Notes under the pieces: generated by a model | Seen by the model: the letters and a program-made list of their open reading frames with translations, nothing else | Database searches by the model: none | Told to the model about the DNA's origin: nothing | Program-made: the position numbers and the translations under genes | In this document: positions 10,501 to 22,700 of the stretch, piece by piece | How the letters are laid out: each line of letters starts with the position of its first letter | Position numbering within the stretch: the stretch's first letter is position 1 | Source of the DNA: Cyanophora paradoxa CCMP329 | Lineage: Eukaryota; Plantae; Glaucophyta | Length of the DNA: 64,000 bases | Direction of reading: 5' to 3' | Assembly: GCA_004431415.1 (NCBI GenBank) | Contig: QPMI01000005.1 | Span: forward strand, 558,001-622,000

Positions 10501-13500
10501 CAGCCACCTCGCAGCAGGAGGGGAACGTCTCGAAGGGAAGTGGGCGGCCGACCCCGAACTACAAGGCCCCGCCCGCCAAGATGCCCGAAATCGACTCGCT
10601 ACGCCGGCCAATGCTGACCTGTGCGGCCCTCGAATCGTCCGATTCACGCACGTTGCACCGGCCGGACCCAGCCGCGGTGCCCCCAACACGATCCAGAACC
10701 GCTCGCACATCACTATCTTCGACGCGAACAACCGGAACACCTGGCAGCAGATCATCGCGGGCACGAGGAAACCCCCAAACGAGGCGGCGGGGCCGCACCC
10801 GTGCGGCCCCGACCCCAAGTACTTCCCGGTGTCCGTCAATGACTACACTGGCCCTGGGGGCGTCGTCGTGTCTCTGCGTCGTCGCGGGCCCACGGGCACC
10901 GCGCCTGCAACGCCCCCCGTCGTCCACCAGGTCCTGGGGTTCCCGCTTTCGGTACACACTTGGGTGTACGGAATCGCAGCGTACCTGGCGGCGGCAGTCA
11001 AGCTGCACGGTGCCTTGTCGTTCTTCCTCGAGCCCCTACCGGGGGAACTCGGGAACATCATCATCGACTACGTTCGTAGCCACGAGGATGAGCTGCACTT
11101 CCGCTTCACGGCTTCAGGCGAAGTGGCGCGCAGTGCCAAACTCGACAAATGGTACGAGGTCGAGTACCCTGACTGCGAACGCGTCGACCCGGCACATTTA
11201 ATCACAGCCTTCGAATCCCTACTGCACAAGGCAACCAACGACTGGTTGGCGGTCCAGATCAAGCACGAGACACCCCCGGCGGCTCGCGAAGATGTCGACA
11301 TGGATCGAAACCACTGCTGGCCCGTAGCATTCCGACTCCCGGATGGAGTCATCAACGCACTCAACGCCCAAGTCCGGGGCGCTGACTTCGATCCCACGAA
11401 CGATCCGTCACACCCGCATCGTCCCAGTGTCTATGACGTCAACGCGAGCGCAGTGCGCAACGCTATTATGGATTTCGAACAGCGATACGCCGACATACAC
11501 GAGCAATTCCGTCACGCCGAATATGGCAACTTCACATTCGATCCATTCTACAATGAATTCGGCGCCGCCATCTTCAGTCGCGAACCGCAGGCGCGGGCGC
11601 TACTCCACGGTTGGTTGGAACAATTCGTTTACAATCACGCCACCGTCGACGCGGCGACGAGGCGGCCCATCACGTTCACTAGCCGCGAAGCCTACCGGGC
11701 GGTACAGATCGTCGACGTCCTCCCCCTGCGTCACTCCCTGGGCGATCCGGACAACGACAGCCTCCTTCGTCAGATCCCCCACATTTACATTGGTCACGGC
11801 CCCCACGGCGCGCCTGTCGACCCGTACGAAGGCCGCACGCGCTTCACTAACATCATGAACTACATCACTACGACGAAGGCAGAGGAGTCGCGCGCGTACA
11901 TTTGGGACCCGCGCCTCGACGGCAAGATCAAGCTCGTGGGCACGGACGAGTACATTCGTCGGAACCCTGGGATTGCGCGCAAGCCCTTTGTCCGACCCTT
12001 CGTCGTCTGGTCGACCGACTTCAAGGATCTGCGCACCAACGAGCCGACGGGACTGGCACGCTTCGGTCACATCCAGGGTGTTGTCTTCAAGCCATCTGGC
12101 AGTAACAGGCCTCCGCGTCGTAGTCCTACGGGGACCGAGACGACGGGAACCTCTGACGGCGACGACTCCAGCTCGGACAGTGGTGGCTCCACCGCCGAGT
12201 CCGTAGCTCCATCGGAGACCCCGTCGGCCGGGACGCCGAGCCTAGCCTCGCGCGTGCAGTCGTCCGCGTTCGCCCCCCACGGCCTCCTTGGACCGCTCAC
12301 ACGGCAGCACACGTACACGATCGCATACAACGACCTCACTAATCCCAGGACGTCGACGGATCTCACGATGGGCTGCTGGCTCCTCTACTCTGGACGGGGA
12401 CCGGACTACGAGCGGATCACGTCCGCGCGACACCGTGCCTTCGAGGACCCTGAATTCGCTGCCAGTTATCACTTGTACGACTGGTCGCCGCTTCAGCGGT
12501 CTCACCAACTCAACGCCCACGCAATCCTGGAGACGCTCCACGAGATCGAGAACTTTCGGTGGGATTTCACAACCTCTCAGGGCCTGTCAGCCGACCTCGC
12601 TTTCACTCGCGCCTTGTTCACTCGGGCGGCCTTCATCCTCAATTCAATCGGCCTCGCGGCGTGGGACGTGGTCCTCCACAATGACTTCCGTAGTCATGAC
12701 GCTCAACGGACACGTTTCTACGAGCGGCACGTACTCCAACGCGACACGCGCCTCCGCCACGCTTGGCCCCAACTCGTCAAATATCTCCGGGCGTCTCTCT
12801 CGCGCCACCGCGAAGCCATCCCGTTCCGATCCCCCGGAGAGCCTGGCTACCGGCCGGCTGAACGACGGGATGGCGCAGCGGGGACCGAAGTTGACGCGAT
12901 CAACGAGATTCACTATGGCTGGCCCAGCAACCGCCACCTCAACAAGCTCGCAAACGCCGACTGCAAGCCCATCCTTGGCGTCGGATACTTTTCAGCCACA
13001 ATGCGCAATCACCGGCCCCCGCTGCGTCTGTCGGCAGCTCCCTGCAGGGCACGCCCATTCGCCGCGACGGACGTCCTCATGAACGTGCACAGGCGGACAA
13101 CCACGCGGAAGCGACCTCGCCTCAAGCGGACGGCACCGCTCCCGCCAGCCAGCGTCATCTCCGGTTCGACACCGTGCACACCGTATGAGCAGAGCTACCT
13201 CGCCTCGCTTCGCGTCTGCGCGGCACGCATGTTGGGATTTGACGACGTCGAGGACCCCCTTGACGTTCCCCTCTTCGGCGACGGCGGCCCGTCAGTACCA
13301 CACCCCATTGCGCGAATGACGGACACGAACCGCACGCTCAGAGAGCGCATCAACGACGGCCGAATCTGTGTCAACTTGCACATCGCCGCTATCGATCACC
13401 GACGACAAGTCCTTCAATACCTCCTCACCAAGGCATTGGTGGATACAGGAGCCGCTGCGGACGTACTCGACGGCAGTATCGCCGACAAACTGCCAGGCCT

Positions 13501-16500
13501 TCGCTACAGCAACGCTCCGTGCGTGCACCTCACCGGCTTTGGAACGGACATGACTGCCTATGCGCGCATCGCATTCATTGCAATTAAGGTTGGTCCGGTC
13601 ACAATTCCGCGGAAGGTCCTCGTCGTCGCGCCTGGTCTCATGGGCAACACTCCAATGCTACTCGGCCTCACAACGCTGGTGGCGCTCAACGCTCACATCG
13701 TGCTCGACCCAGCAAATTGGGGAATGACGATCACGTCGCCTGACTCCTCGGATGGCGAACGATTCCACGTCCCTTTTCGGCTACGGGCCAGCACGACGGC
13801 GGCGTTCTGGTCCGATTGGCGAAGGACATCACTGTACGGCCGGGTGAATCGCTCGTTCGATGTTACACGCCACAAACGACTTCGAACACGACTCTCGGCG
13901 CACCGGAAGTCCTCCTCACTCCGCCACCACTCCTCCTCGACGACGACGGCTTCGACGGAGCCGACGAAGTCGAATTCTTGGTGCCATACCAAATTCACCG
14001 CAACCCAGCACACGGCACGTTTTTCGTGCAGATCTGCAACCCTCACAGGCGGCCTGTCCGCCTGCGAGCCGGAACTGTGATTGCGGAGACTGAATTCGGG
14101 ACTTGGCCGGAGTCCGAATTCCGTCCACACGAGAATGTCGAGACCTACCCCAAGGGGTGTTACAGCTCCTGGACACCTCAACAACAACTGACATTCCCGA
14201 TCTCTTCCGTAGCCGCGCAAATCTATGAGAACTTCAAGCCTGTTGTCGTACCCCGACGCTCGCAACCACGGCGCTACATCTCCCGAGCCCGACGCCTCTA
14301 CCCGGAGGTCTACCACCGACGACCGCCCGAACCCAACTGCAAGGAGGGCGAGGCGGCGCATGTTGGCTCCGTCGATGCTGCTGCCGACATCCCGCTATCC
14401 CACGAGGCCAGCGAGCGTCTCATGTCGTACGTCGCACGTGTCGTCACCCCTTACACTGCTCGAACCGGCGATCACTTCAACGACAAGGAGCTCATGGAGC
14501 TGGCCAGCTTCTTCGAGCCTCACTTCGCCCGCTTCGACTCCGAGCCGATGCTGGTTGGCCCCGCAGCCGGCCCCACGGTGCCCATCGCGTCCGTCAATGC
14601 CGACGCTCGAATGGAGCCCCGTCGAGTGACACTGCGCCTCCTACAAAGCCATCGCCCGAGACCATCAAGGCGATGGTGGACGCCCTGTTGAAACCATCGG
14701 AGTCGAACCCCGACGCCCTTCCCGAGGATCGCACTCAACTCCAGAACCTTCTCACGCAACGCCAGCACTGCTTCGCCCAGAACATCAATCCACGCGAGCT
14801 CCTGAAGTACAAGCACAGCATCCGACTTCTGCCCGGCGTCCCCGCCAAGCACCTCCCGCTGTACACCGTCCCTCGCCGGCTCTCTCCGCCTGCGGAGAAG
14901 GCTGCGAAGGCGGAAATCGAGAAGCTGCTACGCGACGGTCTCATCGAGCCTTCGCAAGCTGGTTTCGGCAGCCCCGTGGTGCTGGCACCGAAGAAGGATG
15001 GCACGATGCGATTCTGCGTCGACTACAGGAAGCTCAATTCCCTCACGGAACGTGATGTCTTCCCGTTGCCACGCATTGAGGACCAATTGGAGCGCCTACA
15101 GGGTGCGTCCACGTTCTCGACTGGCGACGCAACGTCGGGTTTCTGGCAGTTGGAACTCGACGAGGAGTCACGTGACCTGACGACATTCATCGTCCCCTGG
15201 GGAATGTACAGGTGGAAAGTGACCCCTTTTGGTATCACGAACGGCCCAGCGGCGTTCTGTCGAGCCGTGACGTCAATTTTGGGCAACCTTTTGTCCACCT
15301 GCGTCGTGGCGTACGTCGATGACCTCACGGTCCACTCGCCGAACGTCAAACAACACCTTCTCGACCTGGAGGCCTTCTTCGCTGCGATCGACCGCGGTAA
15401 CCTCAAACTCAAGCCCAGCAAATGTCGTTTCATGGTGCGGGAAGTCGAGCTGCTCGGATTCCGTGTCAGCAGCGACGGCATTCGCATGGACCCCAAGAAG
15501 GTTGAGATCATCTCCAAGATCACGGCGAACGAACTCCAGACTGTCGAGCAACTCCGCAGTTTCCTCGGCCTCACGGGCTTCTACCGGCGCTTCGTACAGA
15601 GTTACGCGCGACGGGAACTTTCCCTGCGAGACCTCCTCACGGACGCACTACGAGCCGACCGGCTCAACTTGGTGTGGAATGACGAGGCTCTCGCTGCGTT
15701 GGACGACCTCAAGAAGGCGATGTGCGAGGACATTGTGCTGATGCTGCCCGACTTCACGAAGCCGTTCATCATTTACACGGACTGGAGCAAACGGGCCATG
15801 GGAGCGGTGCTCATGCAGGAGGACAAGGACGGCCGCGAGCGCCCGATCGCATTCATCAGTCGTACTCTGACAAACATGGAGCGCAAGTACCAATCACCAA
15901 CGGAGGGCGAATGCATTGCGGTACTCTGGGCGGTTAAGGTCTGGCACCACTACTTCGTCTGCGGCCACCCGTTCACGATCCGCACGGATCATTCGGCGTT
16001 GCAATGGTTGAAGACACAGGAGCTGGCGAACAACAAGACGCTTGGGCGCGCGGCCATCGCCCTCAACCACTACAACTACACTATCGAGTACCGCAACGGG
16101 CGGTCGAACGTCGTTGCGGACTGCTGCTCTCGCCTTGCGGAGACGCACGCAGTGTACAAGCCTGGCGGCGCTGACGGCACTGACATCACGACTTCGATAC
16201 CAGACGGCGCTCACGGGTTCGGTGTGCCCGATGCGGGAGACTACGACGATCCACGCGAACTCTACCGCGTCGCCATCCACCGCACCTCCTCGGCCCTGCA
16301 ACATACTCTGGACGGGCCGGCGTGGATCCCTACTGGGGATAGACGCCGCGCCACCACGCGACCCGAGCACCTTGCCCCGGCGCCACCGCGCCGAGACCGC
16401 GACGACCCTCAGACTTCACGGCGACGTCCAAGGTCGTTGACGCCCGACACTCAGCGAGTGCGTGACATCGTCGAGAACGGCGGCCTGGAAGACGTGGAGT

Positions 16501-19119
16501 CCCAGATCACGCTGGAACGGCTCCACGAGAACGGCGCCCTCTCTGCCCCCGACGTCGTACCCATGGAAGTTGACACGCCTGCACCGGCCGCAGCGGCAGA
16601 CGAGGCGGGCGCGACGGCCCCTCCTGCACGGCGACGCCGCGGGGTGACGAACCTCGAGCATACACTCGACGGCGCGGCCTGGCTACCGGCCGAGGGTCGC
16701 CGCCGCCGACTTCAAGTTCGAGGACAGGAGAGCTCCGCTGACGGGCTTCAAGCTCGAGGACGGGAGAGCTCGGCCCGGAGGCCTCGGTCTCAGTCACCGG
16801 AAGGAGGGGAGGGGGTACAGACGAGGAGAGCGAGCCGTCGCTACCCCGTCCATCTTTGCGAGGCTTCGATCGTCAAGCAGCTGACCGCACGCTACGCGAC
16901 TCTGTGGAACGGGCACGACGCCGGGCCCTCACGGATGACGGCCAATCTTCGCAGTCCTCGGCGTCCGACGGAACGTCGAACTCAAGACGGAGCACGGCTT
17001 GGAGTGTCCCGCGCCAATACCAGCGACGGCTTGAAAAGGACTACGCTGACCGCCTCGCCAGTGATCGCGACAGACGTTCGCGTGCGGCCCGAGATCTGCA
17101 CGAAGCCTCGCGGGAGAGGACGGCGACGACGCTCGAACGGCGACGCCAACTGGCAGAGATGGGCCGTACCCCGTCTGAGATCGACGCGCTCGTACCCCTG
17201 CCCTCTGTTCGGAACCGAACCCCGGAGGAGCGGCGCAGACGGCGACAATCCCGCAAGGCGCTGAACGCCAAGGCATGCCCCGTACCGCGGGTGAAGCCTC
17301 CCAAGGGCAAGAATTCACGGCAGTCTCGATATGCCATTGCGCCCCCGTCGCATCTCGACGTTGCTGACGAGGAAGAGTACATGCACTTCCTGCAGCAAGA
17401 ACGTGACCTCGGTCGTCCGCGACCTGATCCCACTTCTAGCAGCGCTATCGCCCCGCTGGACGAAGGTGAAGGCGCCCAGAATGAGCCGACACACGTTCGC
17501 TTGCCGCGTGGCACCGTTGTCATGGACACCTGGAGCGAGGGCCCCCGCCCCCTCGTTGACGTTCCTCCGCCACCGACGATCCGTGAACTTGTTTCCGATG
17601 GGACCGCGGTCATCATGGCTCAGGCTCGTGACCCTCTTTGCCAGATGGTGTTCGCACTTCTTCGCGAGAAGGAGAACCTGGCGCGCTGTCACTCCCACTA
17701 CACTGCTGGTGAACGTGACCCGGAGGTGCTTGGGAGCTGCATTCTCTGCAAGTCTGCACGCGATCGCTTCGCTCGTGAAGCTACTCAGTACACGATCGAT
17801 GAGCAAGATACCGTACTGCGGTTGCCCTTGCTCCCCACTATGCGGCCTCAGATCGTTGTACCCCCAGAGTGGCGGGAGAAGATTGTTCACGCTTACCACG
17901 ATGACTGGGCTCACCGTGGTGCCCCCATTGTTGCTCGGCGCATCGCCTCACGGTTTTGGTGGCCGGGCATGACGACTGCTGTCCATCGCTACGTGAAGAC
18001 GTGCCGACACTGTCAGTTTGCCAAGGCTCACAAGAAGCCGAAGTCACAATTCACTGTGATCGAGTCTGAGCATCCTGGCGACTTGCGTCAAGCCGATCAC
18101 TTCCCTATGGCGCCCTCTGAGAACGGTCGACTTCACCGTTTCACACTTGTGCACATTGACGTCGACGCTTTTACCAAGTACCCTGAGATTTTGATGCTGA
18201 CGGAGGCTGATGGTCGTGCCTGTGAGTGGGCTGCACAAACTGTGTACGCGAATCACGGCCCTTGCAAGCGGTATCTCACGGATAACGCCAAGGTCTTCAC
18301 GCCTACTAGTCTCTGGGGCAAATTCTGGACTCGCCAGGGTACTCGGTTGATTTACGCTCCCACGTCCCACCAGTCCACGAACGGCGGTGCTGAGCGGCTT
18401 GGTGGCATTTACAAGCGCTTGGTGTATGCTCTTTGCGATGAGAACGGGGAGGACAATTCCCATTGGCCTTTCTATCATTATCGCGTGCTCTTCGCTCTCC
18501 GGACCACGATTCACGCTGCCACTGGTTTTTCACCCGCCGCTCTGCACTTTGGACGAGAATTGATGTTGCCTGGCGATCTTCGTCTCGACCTCACCCTGCG
18601 CGAACCTCACGAAGATCCCGTTTCTCTCTACGATTACGCTTTGTCGGTCGCTCGAGCCGCCCGCGACCAAATCTCTGCCGTCCGAGAACACCGCAAACTT
18701 TACAACAAGAAGTTGCTTCGCTATGGCACTGGCCGTGAGCCGCATCGTGTTTTCAAGCCTGGTGACAAAGTGTTGTGCTGGATTATCAGCGCGAAGACCA
18801 GTAACGTCAAGCGCACTGGGCCTCGCAATGGTTGGACTGGCCCTTACACTGTCACTGAGGTTCACTCTCACGGTCTTTTGTACACTGTCCGAGGCGATGA
18901 CACTTCACTGGTGTATCGCTCGCGCGAGGTTCTCATGCACGTTGATCTCATGATCGCTTTTCACGAGCGTCCTGCCAATGTTCTCGCTCCCGCAAAGCCG
19001 GTCGCCCTCGCAAGGCCCCCGTGCCTGTGCCGCCCGATCATGAGGTCCCCGTGCCTCCGCCACCTGCCGTTGATCCCGATTCACTTTCCGATGATGACAC
19101 GACGGATGACGAGTCTTGA
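7598..19119 (+). CDS. Gag-Pol polyprotein, broken by about seven -1 frameshifts in this assembly
   Basis: Zinc knuckles CRNCGEHGHHASAC and CYNCGG(E)GHTQNRC (~9250-9350). Protease ALVDTGAA (~13435). RT RFCVDYRKLN / PFGITNGPA / YVDD (~15000-15330). RNase H IIYTDWSKRAMGAVL...TDHSAL...NVVADCCSR (~15765-16135). Integrase H-H-C-C (HDDWAH..CRHC) and D,D,E (DHF, TDNA, GGAER) at ~17890-18400. Confidence 0.9.
9564..9743 (+). repeat. 36-bp coding minisatellite x5 (RPTGPVVDAPSS) in the Gag C-terminal region
   Basis: cgcccgactggccccgttgttgacgcgccgtcttcg and variants start at 9564, 9600, 9636, 9672 and 9708, contiguous with no spacers. Confidence 0.9.
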
Positions 19120-19327
19120 ATCACAGCCCGTACTGCGGTTTACCGGATTCACTTCCGTTGTCGATGACGTGCCCTTCACTGGGATGTGGCTTGCGAGTTT
19201 CGGGAATTCTCTCTTGGCGCTGGGTCAGCGGCTGATCACTGCTGCCTGGTTTGCCCTCAACCAAATGCGCAGCTCTACATCTCTTCTGATCCAGCCGCGT
19301 GGAAGCGTCTGTGAGGACCTGGAGAGC

Positions 19328-19625
19328 TGTTGCCGATAGGGTTTCCTAGCCGTTAGTGCTTCGTTTGCACTTCGTTCGCAGTAGTACCGTGACTTGACCC
19401 GCGGCTTCTCGCGATTTCCTGAGTCACTGTACCCCTGTACGAAGATGCGACCCTAGCTACTTTTTCTGACTCTAGCTTGATACTTTCCGGTAGCCGTGTC
19501 CTAGGGTACACAGTAGTCTGTGATTAGCAGCTTTCTCTTGCAACGTGACAGCCTGCTCGCCTGCTGCTGGTACGCTACGGGAAGGTTGCTAAGGTCTACT
19601 GGGACGTATAAAACCTCCTAAAACA
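19328..19625 (+). repeat. 3' LTR
   Basis: Identical to the 5' LTR; followed by the TSD ATTG. Confidence 0.97.
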
Positions 19626-19765
19626 ATTGCTGAGATGGGGAGTCCTTTGCGACGACCGTGTCCACTCTGACGAACTTCTCTACTTGGCTTGAAAACTGGC
19701 CGTTCATAGAATGGGAAAATGCGCAGTGGAGAAGAAGGAGCGAAAGGCAAGGCCGGCGGCCCGTG

Positions 19766-22700
19766 CTAGCCGATGGCGACGTAGGCTAGGGGCCGGCGGG
19801 GCCGGCGGCGGATGGCGCCCAGCTGGGCGATCGAGATGTGCGTCTCGGGGTAGTCCTCCAGCACCGTCCAGGGGTCGATGAGGGGCCCCATCCCCCGGGC
19901 CTTGCCGCCGCCCGCCCCCGCCGCCCCCATCGGCGTCGTCGGCCCGCTCGAGGTGCCCCCGCGCGGCGCGCCCGTCACAAGGGGCGACGCGGTGCGCGCC
20001 ACGGCGGCGGCGGCGGCGCCCCCGCCCGGCGTCGTCGGCGCCGCGCCCGAGGACGGCGAGGCAGGCGAGTCCGCCTGGTGCGCTGCGGCGGCCGCCTGCG
20101 CGCGCGCCGCCGCCGCCGCTGCCGCCGCGTTGCCTCCGCCCGGCGTGACCGGCGGCGAGCCGGCGGGACCGGCCCCGCGCGCAGACGAGGGACCCGCGGC
20201 TGCCCCCGCGGCTGCTGCCGCTGCTGTGGCCGCGGCCGCCTGCGGCCCCGCGCGCCCGAAGACCGACGGCGGGGGCGTGTACCCAATCACGTGCGCGATC
20301 CGGGCGCGCAGACCCGGGGGGTACTGCATCTTCAGGAACACGCCCTGCCGCGGCGGAGTGAGTGGGGCCCGGTGAGGGTAGAGAAAAGAAGAAGAAGAGT
20401 ATGTATAAGGGTAGAGAAAAGAAGAGCCCGCACCTGGAGCACGTCGGCGAGGCGCGCCTCCGCGTCGCGCTGTGCCTGCGAGGCCGCCGCCGGGGTACAC
20501 ACCATCGCGTGCAGCAGGTCCAGGGCCTCCGTGCAGGGGCCCGACAGGGGGTACGGCGACGCCTGGGCCCCCTGGGCGCCGGAGGAGCTGGGGCAGGGCG
20601 GCGGGGCGGGGTCGGCGTGGATGGGCGGGCAGGCGAGGAGCCGCAGCAGGCACGCCGCGAGCGAGTCGAAGGGGGACGCGGCGCCGCCGGAGGCGCCGGA
20701 GCCCGAGGCGGGCCGCTGGTCGCGGAGCGTGGGGAGGAGCCCGTGGACGAGCCGCACGCGCAGCGCGGCCGCCTGCTGCGCCACGAAGAGGCACTCGCGC
20801 TCCGCCCCGGGCTCCTCGGCGCCCTCGTCCGCCCCGCCGCCGTCCCCCGGCGAGACGGCAGAGGTGGCCGCCGCCGAGGCCCGCGCGTGCTGCGAGGCGA
20901 ACGAGGCGAGCTGCCGGCTCAGCTGCTCCGCCAGCGCGGCCCGGTCCCGGTCCTCCAGCCTGCGCCGCGCCGCTCAGGTGGGGCGCGCGAGAGCGGAAGA
21001 GCGAAGGGGCGCACCAAGAGTCGGCGGCACGGCCGAGGAGGAGGTGCAGGGCGCCGTAGAGCTCGGCCCGCACCCAGGGCTTCCAGCCGCGCCAGGCGCC
21101 CCGCGGGCGGCGGGCGGCGGCGGCGGCGGCGGCCGTCTCGCCCTCGGGCCCGGGCGTGGCCGGCTGCGCCTGGGCGACGGCGGCGGCGCGGTTCTTGCGG
21201 AGGGAGGGGATGTCGAAGCGGTGGCGCTGGAGGAGGCCAGCGAGCCGGCGGCCGGCCTCGCGGCGGACGGCGAGGCCGACGCCGTCGCCCTCGATGTGCC
21301 GCACCAGCAGCGCGTCGAGCAGCGGCGCCTGCTCGGGCCGCCGCAGCACCTCCCGCACCACGCAGTCGCCCACCTGGCCCTCCGGCGTCGACGCGCCGCC
21401 CTCCTCGCCGCCGCCCTCGCCGCCGGCGCCGGCGCCGGCCGCCGCCCCGCCGATGAGCGGCGTCGGGGGCGGCGGGGAGGAAGGGGACGACGTGGAGGAG
21501 GAGGCGGCGGTGGCGATGTCGCGCCACTCGAGCACGAGCAGCTTCAGCTCCGCGCCGCGCGCCGCGGCGTTCCACTCGTTCACGGCGCTCACCACAGCGC
21601 GCATCCGCTCCCGCACCCACGCCATCGTCCCCACCGCCGGCGCCAGCTTCGCCGAGGGCGCCGAGACGAGCGTGGGGGCCGGCGAGGGCGCCGGGACCGG
21701 CGGGGGCGGCGGCGGCGGCGGCGCGCCGTCGACGGGCGGCGTGGCCGGGACGGAGGTCGGCGTCCCGACCATGGCCAGGAAGTCGCCGTGGGGCAGGAGC
21801 TCCGGGGGCGGCGGGAGGGCGGCCGGCGGCGGCGGCGACGGGCCGGCCAGGATGCGCGCCTGCGGCGCCAGCGGCCCGCAGCGGTCGATCGCGTACAGCA
21901 CCACGTGCCGCGCCCGCGCGACGGGCAGGGCCGGCGCGGTCGGCGCCGCCGGCGGCGGCGCGCCGGCGGGCGCTGGGGCGGCCGGCGGGGCGGAGGCGGG
22001 GTTGGCGAGGCGAGCTCGCGAGCGAACCGCTCCGGCTCGCGCAGGATGAGGGCCGAGGTCAGCGGCTCATCCAGCACGGCCCGCAGCGCGCACGCCGCCG
22101 GCGAGTCGAGGCCGCCGTAGGGCGCCGGTGTGAAGGCGAGGGCGGCGAGCGAGGCGGCGGCCGCGACGAGGCCCGGCGAGACGCCCTCCGCGAGGCGGGC
22201 GGCCCGAAGGGCGCAGGCCTCCTGCGCCAGCACGTACGCGGCGGAGGGGTCCAGCCCCGCGCCGTCCCCCGTGAGGAGCGCCCGCAGGCACGCGACCGCG
22301 GCCTGCGCGGCCTGCGCCTGCGCCTCATGCTGCATCTGCTGCTGCTGCTGCTGTTGCTGCTGGCCGGGCGGGGGCGGCGGGGGCGGGAGGAGCGCGAGGA
22401 GCGCCGCGTCGAAGCGGCAGTAGGAGCGGGCGGCAAGGGCGGCCAGCAGGGCGACCATGCCAGGCACGCGCCCCGGCGTGCAGAGCTCCAGCGGGCGGGG
22501 CTTCCCCTGCAGGGCCGCCGGGCCCCAGGGCACGCTGGGCTGGACCAGGATCCCCAGGAGCACGGTGGCGTGCGGGGGCAAGGCGCGCCCGGGCCCCGCG
22601 GCGCGGCACGAGGCGTCCACGGCCGAGAGCCAGAGGGCGGAGAGGAGGACGGTCTGGTAGCGCTCGGGCGGCGTGGAGGCCGCCTCGTACGCGGTGAAGA

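Larger units (their letters stand above)
6859..19625 (+). mobile_element. Ty3/gypsy LTR retrotransposon, full length (12,767 bp), recent insertion
   Basis: Two identical 298-bp TG...CA LTRs; 4-bp TSD ATTG (6855-6858 and 19626-19629); domain order Gag-PR-RT-RNaseH-IN; purine-rich ggagag just before the 3' LTR. Confidence 0.97.

Noticed and set aside
9190-19030. Multiple programmed ribosomal frameshifts or a dead element
   Set aside because: One shift falls inside a zinc knuckle, the locatable ones are at homopolymers, all are -1 and the LTRs are identical. Sequencing error is the simpler explanation; one real gag-pol shift cannot be excluded.
18960-19327. Chromodomain or env ORF after the integrase
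   Set aside because: Only a Pro/Asp-rich tail and ~200 bp of non-coding sequence remain; no chromodomain or transmembrane motif.
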